Positions 38,018 through 48,739 of a stretch of DNA of 64,000 nucleotides are shown in pieces. The translations under genes were made by a program, and so were the position numbers. The DNA comes from an uncultured bacterium (GTDB taxonomy: Bacteria; JAGOEH01). The DNA is taken from the NCBI GenBank assembly GCA_964632485.1, contig CAZWDO010000021.1, forward strand, positions 1 through 64,000, written 5' to 3'. A model generated the notes under the pieces. The model worked only from the letters and a program-made list of their open reading frames with translations. It searched no databases and was not told the DNA's origin. Within the stretch, counting starts at the first letter, position 1. Every line of letters starts with the position of its first letter.

Positions 38018-39704
38018 TGACTACCTCCATGGCTTTTAAAAAAATTGAATCCTGATTCAGTTTATAATAATACCACTCATCGTCGGTTTTGGTAAAATGA
38101 TTAAATTCCCCTTCTAACGCTCCCATAATAAAATCCCGGTTCGCTTGCATATAAAACGAATAATCGCTCTTAACGGAGCGTTTCAAAGCGGCATAGGACG
38201 CCGAATCGAACGGCGCTACCCGTTCAAAGGAAATCAAACTATCGATCTTCCTAAAAAGTGAATCAGTGGGATGACGATATGAGAATTTATTCTCCTTGAG
38301 AAATTTCTTAAAGGCCACCCAATCCGCCGCATCGATGGCTTTTTTATGCTGTTTTTCCCAAACTGCCCGATACTGAGCGGCAAAACGGAACAGCCAGCCG
38401 TTGTCGATAAGATATTCCATAAAATGGGCCATTCTGGGTTTGGGAATGATCATATCGGGAGTTATCCCGTCGCCGCCAAAAACGACCCTTCCGGACCGGG
38501 TATAAAATCTTTTTTTCAAATATGAGACAGCATTGGTATCCTCAAAATTGATAATTGAAATTTGGGACGACTGGTCCGCGGTATAATTCGTGGGGGGAAG
38601 CGGTCCATTATCAGTTTTATGTATTTGGGGCTTAATGCGATGAATACTGCGTCCCGTGGGTAGAAAATAATGCGAAGTAGTATATTTCAAGCGTGAGCTG
38701 CCGGGTCCCGGCAGAATTTGAATATTTTGCACCGACCCTTTGCCAAATGTTTTTTGGCCGATCAGAACAGCGCGGTCAAAATCCTGCAAAATACCCGCTA
38801 GGATTTCAGTGGCGCTGGCGCTTTGGTCATCCAGCAGCAAAACTAATTTACCATCAAACTGGTAGCTACCGCTGCTCCACCACTCCTGATAGGCATGGGG
38901 ATAAAGATTACGCGTTGTCAGCATCAAGGTCTCTTCTTCGATAAAAAACGAAGCAATGTCAATGCTGCTGTTGAGATATCCTCCCCCATTGTCGCGAACA
39001 TCCAGGATCAAACTGGTAGGAGCCAAATCGGATTCATGCGAACGGAGCAGTCGGGAAATTTCGCTGACACTGGTTAAACTGAACTCTTTGAGTTCGATAT
39101 ACATATTTCGCTTCCCCCTGGCATCTACCCAGATTCGGGAATGAGGCGCGGCCGGCAACTGGATCAGTTTCCGATTGATATTCATCTGTTTCTGAACGAT
39201 TTGCAGGGTATCTGTATAAATTGCGCGCGCGATCGTCAGATTGACGGGTATGTTGGAGTCGCCTCTTAGCAAGCTATTAATTTCCTTCAAATTTTTCCCT
39301 TTTACAGGAATCGAATCGACCGAGATGATTTGATCGCCCATCATCAAACCGGCCGCTGCCGCCGGAGAGGATGAAAATACCTGATAAATATAGTATTGAT
39401 TCTCATAAAAGGCTAAATCGATTCCAATTCCAGTATAATTGCCTTCCGTTTTTGAGCGGAAATTTTCATAGGCAGCGGCATTAGGATAATAAATCGTATG
39501 GGGGTCGAGTAGTTCGCTAATCATTCCCTTAATCGACGCATCGACCAGTTCATTAATAGTCAACGTCCGGTAATAGCGAGTGGAAATCAGATTCAGAGCC
39601 CGTTGATAGCGTTGAATGGCAATATCCTCTTCAGCATTTGACTGGCAGACCAGCGATACAACAAAAAGTAACGACCAAAAAATTTTCAAAAACATAATTC
39701 TCAT
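37977..39704 (-). CDS. Carboxyl-terminal processing protease, S41A (CtpA/Prc-like)
   Basis: LDPH, PDZ GIGI, LDVRDNGGG, SASATE, TFGKGSVQ, GITPD. Confidence 0.92.
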   Translation of the reverse strand: MRIMFLKIFWSLLFVVSLVCQSNAEEDIAIQRYQRALNLISTRYYRTLTINELVDASIKGMISELLDPHTIYYPNAAAYENFRSKTEGNYTGIGIDLAFYENQYYIYQVFSSSPAAAAGLMMGDQIISVDSIPVKGKNLKEINSLLRGDSNIPVNLTIARAIYTDTLQIVQKQMNINRKLIQLPAAPHSRIWVDARGKRNMYIELKEFSLTSVSEISRLLRSHESDLAPTSLILDVRDNGGGYLNSSIDIASFFIEEETLMLTTRNLYPHAYQEWWSSGSYQFDGKLVLLLDDQSASATEILAGILQDFDRAVLIGQKTFGKGSVQNIQILPGPGSSRLKYTTSHYFLPTGRSIHRIKPQIHKTDNGPLPPTNYTADQSSQISIINFEDTNAVSYLKKRFYTRSGRVVFGGDGITPDMIIPKPRMAHFMEYLIDNGWLFRFAAQYRAVWEKQHKKAIDAADWVAFKKFLKENKFSYRHPTDSLFRKIDSLISFERVAPFDSASYAALKRSVKSDYSFYMQANRDFIMGALEGEFNHFTKTDDEWYYYKLNQDSIFLKAMEVVNAPNEIFSKYLAP

Positions 39705-39897
39705 CCAGTACTCGGGAACATATAGATTATCCTACGTTTGCGGCGTCATTACGACATCTACGCACGGCTACAGGACTAATTTTCAGCAAATTCTTTTATC
39801 CTGGGCGGATTCCGGGGAATCCACGCCAACAGTTGGGGGGGGCAAGAAATGATCTTGGTCGCGGAATGCTGTTTTGCAAGCAATCCGAAACAGAAAA

Positions 39898-40533
39898 TCA
39901 GCCCTGTTTTTTTTCAGCCAGCCCAGCCTGTTCTTCTAAAATCCGGCGGATTTCCTGCTGAATTATTTCAATTGGCTGTTGCCCGTTGATCAGATTAAAT
40001 CGTCCGGGATTTTCAGCAGCCAGCATCAAATAGGCATCACGAAGACGGGTAACCTGGGAAAGGGAGAAACATTCCATCCGGTTTCTGTCGTTAAGTTGCC
40101 GAATTCGCTCTTCACTGACTTCAGGCGGAATATCGATAATAAAGGTTTGATCTGGGACACGATCAATGCCTGTCAGTTGGTGCAACTGTCGGACCCGTTC
40201 CACTCCCAATTCGCGAACCACACCCTGATAGACGAGTGAAGAATCGATAAAGCGGTCCGATAGGACGTGGACACCGGCCTGAAGTTTCGGCAGAATTAAT
40301 TGATGAAGATGTTCATAGCGGCTAGCCATATACAGCAGTAGTTCGGTCATCGGGCGCATCTCATTGATGGGGTCTAACAGGATGTGACGAATTTTTTCCG
40401 CCAAAGGCACGCCCCCGGGTTCACGGGTCAAATAGCAGGGCATCCCCTTTTCTTCAAAAAAACCGGAGAGAAGCCGATGCTGGGTCGTCTTGCCACATCG
40501 ATCAATTCCTTCGAACGTGATAAATAAAGCCAT
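39898..40533 (-). CDS. tmk: Thymidylate kinase
   Basis: FITFEGID.CGKTTQ, TREPGG, DRFIDSS.VYQG. Confidence 0.95.
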   Translation of the reverse strand: MALFITFEGIDRCGKTTQHRLLSGFFEEKGMPCYLTREPGGVPLAEKIRHILLDPINEMRPMTELLLYMASRYEHLHQLILPKLQAGVHVLSDRFIDSSLVYQGVVRELGVERVRQLHQLTGIDRVPDQTFIIDIPPEVSEERIRQLNDRNRMECFSLSQVTRLRDAYLMLAAENPGRFNLINGQQPIEIIQQEIRRILEEQAGLAEKKQG

Positions 40534-40545
40534 ATAAAATCCTGT

Positions 40546-40582
40546 AAAAAAAACGGCATAGGTCGTATCAACCTATGCCGTT
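40546..40582 (-). terminator. Intrinsic terminator after ino1
   Basis: AACGGCATAGG/CCTATGCCGTT stem followed by a U-tract on the minus strand. Confidence 0.75.
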
Positions 40583-40611
40583 AGAGTTAAATCACACAAA
40601 AATCATCGAAG

Positions 40612-41709
40612 TTAGTCGGCGATGGTATTTGTGACAGTATATTTCTGGATATAAGCTTCAACTTTATTGCGGCAGATATCATCGGGATACTGTTCCATCG
40701 GCGATTTCATGAAATAGGAAGAGGGTTCGAGCATGGTGCCGCTGAGTTTATGATCAAGGGCCAATTTACAGCAACGAATCGCATCGATCACTACGCCGGC
40801 GGAATTGGGGCTATCCCAGACTTCCAGTTTTAGTTCCAGATTCAGGGGGACATCGCCAAATGTACGGCCTTCAAGACGGATATGGGCCCATTTCCGGTCA
40901 TCCAGCCATTCGACATAATCACTGGGACCGATATAAACATTTTTCGCCCCGATATCATAATCGAGCATAGAGGTAACGGCGTTGGTCTTACTGATTTTCT
41001 TCGACTGCAGCCGTTCACGTTCCAGCATATTGAGGAAATCGGTGTTACCACCCACATTCAACTGGGAAGTGCGTTCGAGGCGGACGCCGCGTTCGCGGAA
41101 CAGGCGGGTCAGCACACGGTGGACGATGGTTGCGCCGACCTGGGACTTAATATCATCGCCGATGACCGGTAAGCCTTTTTCTTTGAAGCGTTCACTCCAA
41201 TAGTTTTCCCGGGCGATAAAAACCGGAATACAGTTGATGAAACCGCAACCGGCTTCAAGTACTTGTTCCACATACCATTTAGTGGCCATTTCGCTACCGA
41301 CGGGCAAATAATTGATTACAACGTCGGTACCGCTGTCTTTGAGGACTTTAACGATATCGGCGGTTTGGCCGGGAGCTTTTTGAATAATCTGGGAAAGATA
41401 TTTACCCAAACCGTCATGGGTCATTCCGCGTTGGACCGTAACACCGGTTTTGGGAACATCACAAAATTTGTACGTATTGTTCGGCGTGGAATAGATGGCC
41501 TCAGCCAGGTCTTTTCCCACTTTATTCTTGTCGATATCGATCGCGGCGGAGAACTCGATATCGCGAATATGATAACCACCCAGATTGACATGCATTAAAC
41601 CGGGAATAAAATCATTTTCATTTGCATTTTGATAATAGTGGACACCTTGCACCAACGAAGAAGCGCAGTTGCCGACACCAATAATAGCGACACGAATCTT
41701 GTTACTCAT
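40612..41709 (-). CDS. ino1: Inositol-3-phosphate (myo-inositol-1-phosphate) synthase
   Basis: [55 protein letters not shown]. Confidence 0.96.
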   Translation of the reverse strand: MSNKIRVAIIGVGNCASSLVQGVHYYQNANENDFIPGLMHVNLGGYHIRDIEFSAAIDIDKNKVGKDLAEAIYSTPNNTYKFCDVPKTGVTVQRGMTHDGLGKYLSQIIQKAPGQTADIVKVLKDSGTDVVINYLPVGSEMATKWYVEQVLEAGCGFINCIPVFIARENYWSERFKEKGLPVIGDDIKSQVGATIVHRVLTRLFRERGVRLERTSQLNVGGNTDFLNMLERERLQSKKISKTNAVTSMLDYDIGAKNVYIGPSDYVEWLDDRKWAHIRLEGRTFGDVPLNLELKLEVWDSPNSAGVVIDAIRCCKLALDHKLSGTMLEPSSYFMKSPMEQYPDDICRNKVEAYIQKYTVTNTIAD

Positions 41710-41726
41710 TGAACCGTTTTCCTCCT

Positions 41727-42365
41727 TTAAGCAATGATTCGTTCTCGCAAGCGCTGCAAGATCGAATAAACGACCGAGTGTTGCGAGTGTTCCGGATGGA
41801 AGGTAGCGGCAAGGATATTTCCCTGACGCACCAGGACAATTTTTCTATTGACATAGCCCAAAATAGAAACAGAAGAACGACAGTGGAGAATTTGAGGCGC
41901 CCGAACAAAAAAAGCTTCCTTCTCCTCGATGGAAAGCTTATCGGGTTCAATTCCGAGAGATTTCACTTCCTCGGTTAATTCCAGTGGAGCAATGAAGGAA
42001 TCGATTTGACGGCCATAGGCATTCCGTTCCACTTCGATATCCAGTATAGGAATATGGCGCGTTAAGCCGGGATTTTTAATATCCTTAGCTAAAAGAATGG
42101 TCCCGGCGCATGTGGTTAATACAATTGTTTGGGGTCGATTGACGATTTCTTCGACTACAGGATATAACTGGTTATAATCCATTAGTTTAGAAAAAGCGGA
42201 CGATTCACCGCCCGGAATGATAAAGAGATCGACGGAGTTTGCTGCCGTCAAATCCCGGGGTTGTTTCAGAAAGTTGATTTTAGCCTTGGGAAAATAAGAT
42301 TGCGCAGCCTTCGCATGGGTGGTGAAATCACCCTGCAGGGCTAAAATCAGAATAGACTCAGGCAT
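41727..42365 (-). CDS. pdxT: PLP synthase glutaminase subunit
   Basis: [36 protein letters not shown]. Start moved to ATG 42365. Confidence 0.93.
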   Translation of the reverse strand: MPESILILALQGDFTTHAKAAQSYFPKAKINFLKQPRDLTAANSVDLFIIPGGESSAFSKLMDYNQLYPVVEEIVNRPQTIVLTTCAGTILLAKDIKNPGLTRHIPILDIEVERNAYGRQIDSFIAPLELTEEVKSLGIEPDKLSIEEKEAFFVRAPQILHCRSSVSILGYVNRKIVLVRQGNILAATFHPEHSQHSVVYSILQRLRERIIA

Positions 42366-42366
42366 A

Positions 42367-43242
42367 CTACCAGCCACGCGCCTCTAAGCGATCGACTTCG
42401 GCCATTTTGGCCGTATCGATGCCAAACATAGGATCGCCGAGGTCTTCAGAAATTTCCGCTAAAATTTTAGGGTCCTGAAAATGAGTGACGGCTTTAACAA
42501 TAGCATCGGCTCGTTTTTCAGGATCCGCCGATTTAAAAATACCGGAACCCACGAAAACGCTTTCCGCGCCCAATTGCATCATCAAGGAAGCATCAGCGGG
42601 AGTAGCAACGCCACCGGCGGCAAAATTAGGGACCGGCAATTTACCGGAGCGGGCCACCATTCGCAGCAGTTCATAGGGAGCGCCCATTTCCTTTGCAGCC
42701 GTCATTATTTCATCGTCGCGTAAAATGGTCAGTCGCCTGATACCGCTTTGAACTTCACGCATGTGTTTAACAGCCTGGACAATATCGCCGGTACCCGCTT
42801 CACCCTTGGTGCGAATCATAGCGGCTCCCTCGCCAATGCGGCGTAACGCTTCACCCAGGTTGCGGCATCCACAAACAAAAGGCACTTTAAAAGCATGTTT
42901 ATCAACATGGAACTGATCGTCAGCCGGCGTGAGAACTTCCGATTCATCAATAAAATCCACGCCGAGATATTCTAAAATCTGAGCTTCGGCAAAATGGCCA
43001 ATGCGGCATTTAGCCATAACCGGGATATCCACTGATGACATAATCTCTTTTATTTTTTTAACCGATGCCATACGGGCCACGCCGCCAGCCGCACGGATGT
43101 CAGCGGGCACACGTTCCAATGCCATAACTGCCACAGCGCCAGCCTTTTCAGCAATTTCTGCTTGCCGGGCATCCGTTACGTCCATGATAACGCCGCCTTT
43201 GAGCATATCAGCTAATCCCGTTTTTAAACGCAATTCAGTCAT
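42367..43242 (-). CDS. pdxS: PLP synthase lyase subunit
   Basis: [41 protein letters not shown]. Confidence 0.98.
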   Translation of the reverse strand: MTELRLKTGLADMLKGGVIMDVTDARQAEIAEKAGAVAVMALERVPADIRAAGGVARMASVKKIKEIMSSVDIPVMAKCRIGHFAEAQILEYLGVDFIDESEVLTPADDQFHVDKHAFKVPFVCGCRNLGEALRRIGEGAAMIRTKGEAGTGDIVQAVKHMREVQSGIRRLTILRDDEIMTAAKEMGAPYELLRMVARSGKLPVPNFAAGGVATPADASLMMQLGAESVFVGSGIFKSADPEKRADAIVKAVTHFQDPKILAEISEDLGDPMFGIDTAKMAEVDRLEARGW

Positions 43243-43515
43243 AATCTATTTCCTCCGCAGTTTTAACTTTGTGTCCTAAATTAATTCTTTTTTCGTTGAA
43301 AGTCAATACTTTTTTTAAAAAAAAACATTTTATACGCCTAATTTGACACGATTGATAACTGATTATCAATAAATAGAATCATGCAATCTTTCAACTATAA
43401 AGAAGTCCGTCACTCCCCACCAAAACTCAAGCTGCGAAATCAGGCAGCGTTTATAACAGGGCATGAGCCATATACGGAATAATTGGAAGCTCATCAACAG
43501 ACAGTAGGCCCAATT

Positions 43516-43543
43516 AAAAAGGCGGGCTAAGACCCGCCTTTTT
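43516..43543. terminator. Bidirectional intrinsic terminator after the SSS gene
   Basis: AAAAAGGCGGG-CTAAGA-CCCGCCTTTTT. Confidence 0.8.
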
Positions 43544-43563
43544 AAAAAAAACCGAAAACACAA

Positions 43564-45570
43564 TCAGCTTACGGTACTGAGTTTTTTATACCAAAAAAAG
43601 TAAAGCGCCACGGAGAATATCACGGTCAAAACCGCAACGACACTGAATTGAGCCCAATTTCGCATGATAAAAGCCATCCAGGAGAGGAACAGGCAAAGCT
43701 GCCATGGTATCGCCAAAAAAACGGCCAAAATATCATAGAAATGCTCACTGCGAAGCGCTTTTTGCTCATCCACTGGCAATTGACGGAAATACTTTTTCCA
43801 GGAACCAAAGGGCCGGGTAATATTATAAAAATTTGATAATATATTGTCCGGCGTCGGCGACGTCAAATAAGTACAGACGATCATTGAGACAAACGTAACA
43901 ACATTGACGCTGAAAAATGCCGTGTATTCGGGAACATTGGGAAAAAAAATCTTCTGTAGTACGGCCGCCGTCATTCCACAAAAGACAGCTCCCGAAAATC
44001 CCCAGCCATTTAACCGCGCCCAATACCAACGCGCAAGGAAGGGAATCAGCAACCCGGAACCCAGGGCCATTGTGATCCACCCCCATATTTCATTGATATT
44101 GCGAATGAACAAGCTAAAAATAAGCCCGATAATAACAATGATGATCGACGAAATACGGGAATGCCAGAGAAGTTGTTTTTCCGTTGCCTGAGGATTGAGG
44201 TAGGCCTGGTAAATATCCTTGACCCAATACGCGGCGCCGGCATTAATCGTGGAATCGAAGGTGGACATGGCAGCGGCCATTAACCCGGCAACGAAAAGGC
44301 CCTTCAACCCGATGGGCATCATTTGGTTGATGACAATCGGCAGAATTCCTTCGGGGTCCACAGCGGTATTCAGATACCCCATTTCCGGATGATTGAACAG
44401 CGAGATACCCAACATGGCTACCGCTGCGATAAAAAGCCACCGAAATGAAAGCAAGAATACCCAGAAAGCGGAAAGCAAACCGGCTTCACGGTCGTTTTTG
44501 GCGGCAAAATAGCGTTGTATCATATAGCCACCGGTACCGCCACTCCCCTCGAAAAACGTTTTAATCATATAAAAAAGAATCGCAATGCCAAAAAGATTGA
44601 AAATTGAATAGTCCGATCCATCCGGATAATCCAGTTTCCACTTAGGGATAATACTGGTCCACTCACTCTTCGTCACCTCGCGGATTCGGTAATTGACCGG
44701 ATAGGAAATCTGTAGCGTATCACTAAACTTATCTGCTACGCCCGGCCAATTGGCTTTTGTGAAACTGTAAACCAATGGGATATTCTCCGGATTGGGCACT
44801 GAAACTCTTAAACTGTCCCCATCCTTTATTTTTTGAGCGAATAATGTCCAATCGGTTTTCGTAATGGTTTCCGTAATATATTCAGTGGAACGCAACGGAT
44901 AAGACACATTAAATTTTTCCGGCAATTTATATTGAGTAAAGGAGATAAAAGCAACCGTAATCAGGGTAATAAATACGATCATTCCCTGGAATACATCGGT
45001 CCAGACGACACCGTAGAGACCTGAAGCGACGGTGTAAACCATGGAGAGAGTAATCAGAATCAGAGCGGCAACAAAATCAGGACTGAGGCCCCATACCGAG
45101 GGAATTCCAAAGAACTCCGCAATAAATTTACCGGAACCGACGGCGAAATAAGTTACCATAGCGACGGTGAATATTATCTGCGACGCGGCGCCGATCACAC
45201 GCGCCACATGGCCGTCCGTGCGTTCGCCAAAACGGAATTTCATCCATTCGGCGATCGTCATGACCTGGGCCCGGCGATTCCATTTTCCCATATATGCCAG
45301 CAGGAACGCCATAATTAACGTCACACCCCCACGGATTTCAATAAAAAAACCCGATGCGCCAACGGCAAAAAACAACGCCGTGTTGATCATCGTTCCTGTT
45401 ACATCAAAATTAGAGGCCATTCCCGAAGCGCCTAAAACCCACCAGGGCAAAGTGCGTCCTCCCAGAAAATAGGCATCAATGCCGGCCGAGGCTTTACGTT
45501 CAAAATAGAGGCCGACCAGTACCATACCGATCAGATAGCAGATAATAATACCAAGATCAATAAAAGACAC
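43564..45570 (-). CDS. Sodium:solute symporter (SSS) family protein
   Basis: YFLGGR.LPWW, YGVVWTD.FQ, IQRYFAAKNDREA, AAAMSTFDS; ~14 TM; GTG start with AAGGAGG. Confidence 0.92.
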   Translation of the reverse strand: MSFIDLGIIICYLIGMVLVGLYFERKASAGIDAYFLGGRTLPWWVLGASGMASNFDVTGTMINTALFFAVGASGFFIEIRGGVTLIMAFLLAYMGKWNRRAQVMTIAEWMKFRFGERTDGHVARVIGAASQIIFTVAMVTYFAVGSGKFIAEFFGIPSVWGLSPDFVAALILITLSMVYTVASGLYGVVWTDVFQGMIVFITLITVAFISFTQYKLPEKFNVSYPLRSTEYITETITKTDWTLFAQKIKDGDSLRVSVPNPENIPLVYSFTKANWPGVADKFSDTLQISYPVNYRIREVTKSEWTSIIPKWKLDYPDGSDYSIFNLFGIAILFYMIKTFFEGSGGTGGYMIQRYFAAKNDREAGLLSAFWVFLLSFRWLFIAAVAMLGISLFNHPEMGYLNTAVDPEGILPIVINQMMPIGLKGLFVAGLMAAAMSTFDSTINAGAAYWVKDIYQAYLNPQATEKQLLWHSRISSIIIVIIGLIFSLFIRNINEIWGWITMALGSGLLIPFLARWYWARLNGWGFSGAVFCGMTAAVLQKIFFPNVPEYTAFFSVNVVTFVSMIVCTYLTSPTPDNILSNFYNITRPFGSWKKYFRQLPVDEQKALRSEHFYDILAVFLAIPWQLCLFLSWMAFIMRNWAQFSVVAVLTVIFSVALYFFWYKKLSTVS

Positions 45571-45684
45571 ATTCCCTCCTTACTCGGATTCCTCATGGCT
45601 TTCGGACGGAGTTGAGTGAGCGTCTCGCAATGATTCGCGTTATAGCGGACTCAGTTTATACTCCGACATGACTGCGGTTATGCG

Positions 45685-45718
45685 AAAAAAAAAGGCAGGT
45701 CACTCTGACCTGCCTTTT
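45685..45718 (-). terminator. Intrinsic terminator after the T9SS-type cargo gene
   Basis: AAAAGGCAGGTCA/TGACCTGCCTTTT stem with a long U-tract on the minus strand. Confidence 0.85.
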
Positions 45719-45733
45719 AATTTTTACGTGTGG

Positions 45734-48700
45734 TTATTTAACCAGCACCATCTTCTTGGATTCGAGATAGGATTCCGTTTTTAACTGATAAAAATAGATA
45801 CCACTGGGCGCAATACGGCCATTATCGTCTTTGCCATCCCAAACGATTTGGTGGGTTCCCGCGGCTAAACGCTGATCCACCAGGGTCATTACCTTTTTAC
45901 CCGTGATATCGAAAATACGAACCATCACTTTTTCGGATTGAGAAATCGTAAAACGGATGGTAGTACTCGGGTTAAACGGGTTCGGATAGTTTTGTTCCAG
46001 ATTGTATCGACGGACCATAGCCGGTGTTTCGTTGATAGCGACGGGCATATTGGTATTAAAATCCCAATGATCATAGAAAGTAGGATTAATACTGCCGAAC
46101 TGAGCGCGGAGGGTAAATGTGGCATTATCATCATTGACGTTTTCAATATGATTCAAACCATAACCGCCCTGACCCGGTTCGTTATCGCCGCCGCGGATGC
46201 CGAACTTGAATTCCTGGCCCACGGTTCCATTAGCTGAATCCTTATTGAGCTGGATCTGAATGGTAAAAATCGTATCGCCAGCGGTGGCATCGCCATGGGT
46301 GCCATCGTCGAACATTTTAAAATTAGCCAAACCGGTAGCATTCCAGGTACCCCATGTTCCGGTCAAAGGACCATTAACATAGACACCCCAGGCATAGATG
46401 CTATCAACCATGGCGCTGGTAATATCGGCATCGCCCTGGATATCGTCCAGCGAGTCGGTAGGATCCACTTTCAATTCATGGATCGGTGGACGAAGATCGC
46501 ATTCCAGCGTCAGCAAGACATCTTTAGAGAGTTGCAGCAGATTCTGGAACTTGGGCGCGCGATGTGAATCGGTAGCGCTGCGGGCAGAATCGCTAACGGA
46601 GGCCGTTGCGCCGGAAATCGCCAGTTTACGGCGTTCATTGGATTGCGGATTGCTGGGATACATATCATTGAAGTCATAAAAGACTTCACGGGTTTCCCGT
46701 CCGTTTTTCTGCACATAATAATTATAGAATACATCCTGGCCAATAGTAGATACCAGGGTATCGGTACCCTGATAGATATTGGTTAAACCTTGTTTACGCA
46801 GATAAATGCGTTTCATTTCCGTTGCTGTGTAATTAGTACCGGCCTGGACAAGCAGAGTATCGCCCTGGACATAGCCCTTGGCCTGAATGGCCGGGCTCAT
46901 ATCGGCGCGGAACGTTACGACCACGGTATCGGCATGATCAACCTGTTGGGGCGCCTGGTTATTGAACCAAACCCATTTAATAGTGGTATCAGCTCCACTG
47001 ACGGGGAAGGTGTATTGCACATCGGGATTCATCACCATATTGCCCCAGTCTTCATCCAAGGCGGCATCGGCGTAGTGCACTACGAATTTGAATTGCAATC
47101 CACTAATGCCAGCATAGCTATTGGGCACATGAATGGCGCCGGAATAGAAATAGTTGCCCGGATACTGGCCGCCATTGGCATGCGGCGCTTCAGCCGTTAA
47201 CGGGACCGTTGATCCCCAACTCAAATTTCCGGTTTGGCCCCAGTCGGTCGTATTGGAACCGCGCACACCGACCATGTGCATTTCCGGATTGAAATCGGTC
47301 CATCCCTGCATATTGACGCGCACCCACACTACGAAGGTAGAATCGGTGTCCGTATCGCCCCAGGGCTTGAATAATTGCGGTTTATTATTGGCGATTCCAT
47401 TGGCAAATTCGACCGGAAGAGTTACGCTGCTTTCTCCGGTAACGAGGATGCGGTTACCGCTGGCATCATCGGTATTGCATTCCCAACCCTGATGTTCCCA
47501 ATCGGTTCCAGTGGGATTACCGCTATTGACATTGGTAAAAAACTTGTACTGAATGGTAGAATTCTTCGGGAAATAGCCTTCGCCTTTCCAGTAATCACCG
47601 TCGATGTTGGTCAACTTTACCGGAGACGAGCCATCCCAGGTCAATGGACTGGTACCGCCGCGGACCTGGACTGTAGAATTTTCATTCATTGTATCGGGAA
47701 TGGTAGCCGTATTGGCCCAGAAGGTGACTTTTACCATATCACCGGCTGATTTTTCCCAGATTCGGAACGGAATCGGGCTTTCGAAATCAGAGGTATAGGC
47801 GATGGTTCCGTCTTCATTAAAAGCGATACCGCGAGCAGCGGAGACCTTGTTAAGGTCCGTCGTGTCCTGAGCGCCTAACAATGGCGTACCCAGACTGTCA
47901 ATGACCACGTAATCCATATCAGGATCCACGCACCACCAGCCGGCCGGAGTCACATCGTATTTCGATGCGAACCAGATATTGCCATCGCGGTCAAAATTGA
48001 TGCAGTTGGTGGAAGGTAAAACCTTCACGCCATCGACATCCACGCCAATCGTATCGATCGGTTCATAGGTGCCGTCCGGTCCGTCTTCGCTATAGTAATG
48101 CAGAACGCCATTGGTGCCGGTTACCGCGCTGTAATAGAGGTCCTTGCCATCGGGAGTGACGATCAGCGCGCGGCTGATCACGTCCGCCGCTTCCACCACG
48201 CGCGAATATTCCTCAAAATCTTCGTCATAAATAAAAATCGGATTGCCGGCTAAAACCGTACCGATATACACATAACCGTTTTCATCGCCCCAGGCTTGCG
48301 TCAACGACGCGCCGGGGACCGGCTGAACCATGCCCAGACACTCGCCTGTCTGGTAGTCAATTCTGTACAGCTTATCAAAGGCCGAATAGAGCAGGTTGCC
48401 TTCACCATCCAGACCCAGGCCGCGAGCCGCATTGAGCATCGAATCCACGCCGACGCCAGGGACGTCCAACGTGCGGATCGGCGAAAAAGAAGCCTGCGTG
48501 CCGTCGGCATTGAAACAATAAATCGATTTGAACATGATCGAATCGGCGCCATTGACGACGATATCATTGGCATAATAGCTGACAAACCAGATCTTGCCGT
48601 CCGGATCCACTTCAATACCATGCCCGCCGCCCGTTACCGGGAAACGGTCCGAATAGGTCCATGATCCTTGCGCCAGGATATTTGCCATAAACGCAAGAGA

Positions 48701-48739
48701 GAGAATCAGTGTTAAAACGATAAAAAGCTTTTTGGTCAT
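45734..48739 (-). CDS. Secreted multidomain protein: beta-propeller-like N-terminus, CBM20/Ig-like repeats, choice-of-anchor-X-like motif, T9SS type-A/FlgD CTD
   Basis: Signal peptide; repeated propeller blades; VTF..N/DM...V.G...W modules; MFDDGTHGDATAGD; LEQNYPNPFNPST...SGIYFYQL...KKMVLVK. Confidence 0.8.
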   Translation of the reverse strand: MTKKLFIVLTLILSLAFMANILAQGSWTYSDRFPVTGGGHGIEVDPDGKIWFVSYYANDIVVNGADSIMFKSIYCFNADGTQASFSPIRTLDVPGVGVDSMLNAARGLGLDGEGNLLYSAFDKLYRIDYQTGECLGMVQPVPGASLTQAWGDENGYVYIGTVLAGNPIFIYDEDFEEYSRVVEAADVISRALIVTPDGKDLYYSAVTGTNGVLHYYSEDGPDGTYEPIDTIGVDVDGVKVLPSTNCINFDRDGNIWFASKYDVTPAGWWCVDPDMDYVVIDSLGTPLLGAQDTTDLNKVSAARGIAFNEDGTIAYTSDFESPIPFRIWEKSAGDMVKVTFWANTATIPDTMNENSTVQVRGGTSPLTWDGSSPVKLTNIDGDYWKGEGYFPKNSTIQYKFFTNVNSGNPTGTDWEHQGWECNTDDASGNRILVTGESSVTLPVEFANGIANNKPQLFKPWGDTDTDSTFVVWVRVNMQGWTDFNPEMHMVGVRGSNTTDWGQTGNLSWGSTVPLTAEAPHANGGQYPGNYFYSGAIHVPNSYAGISGLQFKFVVHYADAALDEDWGNMVMNPDVQYTFPVSGADTTIKWVWFNNQAPQQVDHADTVVVTFRADMSPAIQAKGYVQGDTLLVQAGTNYTATEMKRIYLRKQGLTNIYQGTDTLVSTIGQDVFYNYYVQKNGRETREVFYDFNDMYPSNPQSNERRKLAISGATASVSDSARSATDSHRAPKFQNLLQLSKDVLLTLECDLRPPIHELKVDPTDSLDDIQGDADITSAMVDSIYAWGVYVNGPLTGTWGTWNATGLANFKMFDDGTHGDATAGDTIFTIQIQLNKDSANGTVGQEFKFGIRGGDNEPGQGGYGLNHIENVNDDNATFTLRAQFGSINPTFYDHWDFNTNMPVAINETPAMVRRYNLEQNYPNPFNPSTTIRFTISQSEKVMVRIFDITGKKVMTLVDQRLAAGTHQIVWDGKDDNGRIAPSGIYFYQLKTESYLESKKMVLVK

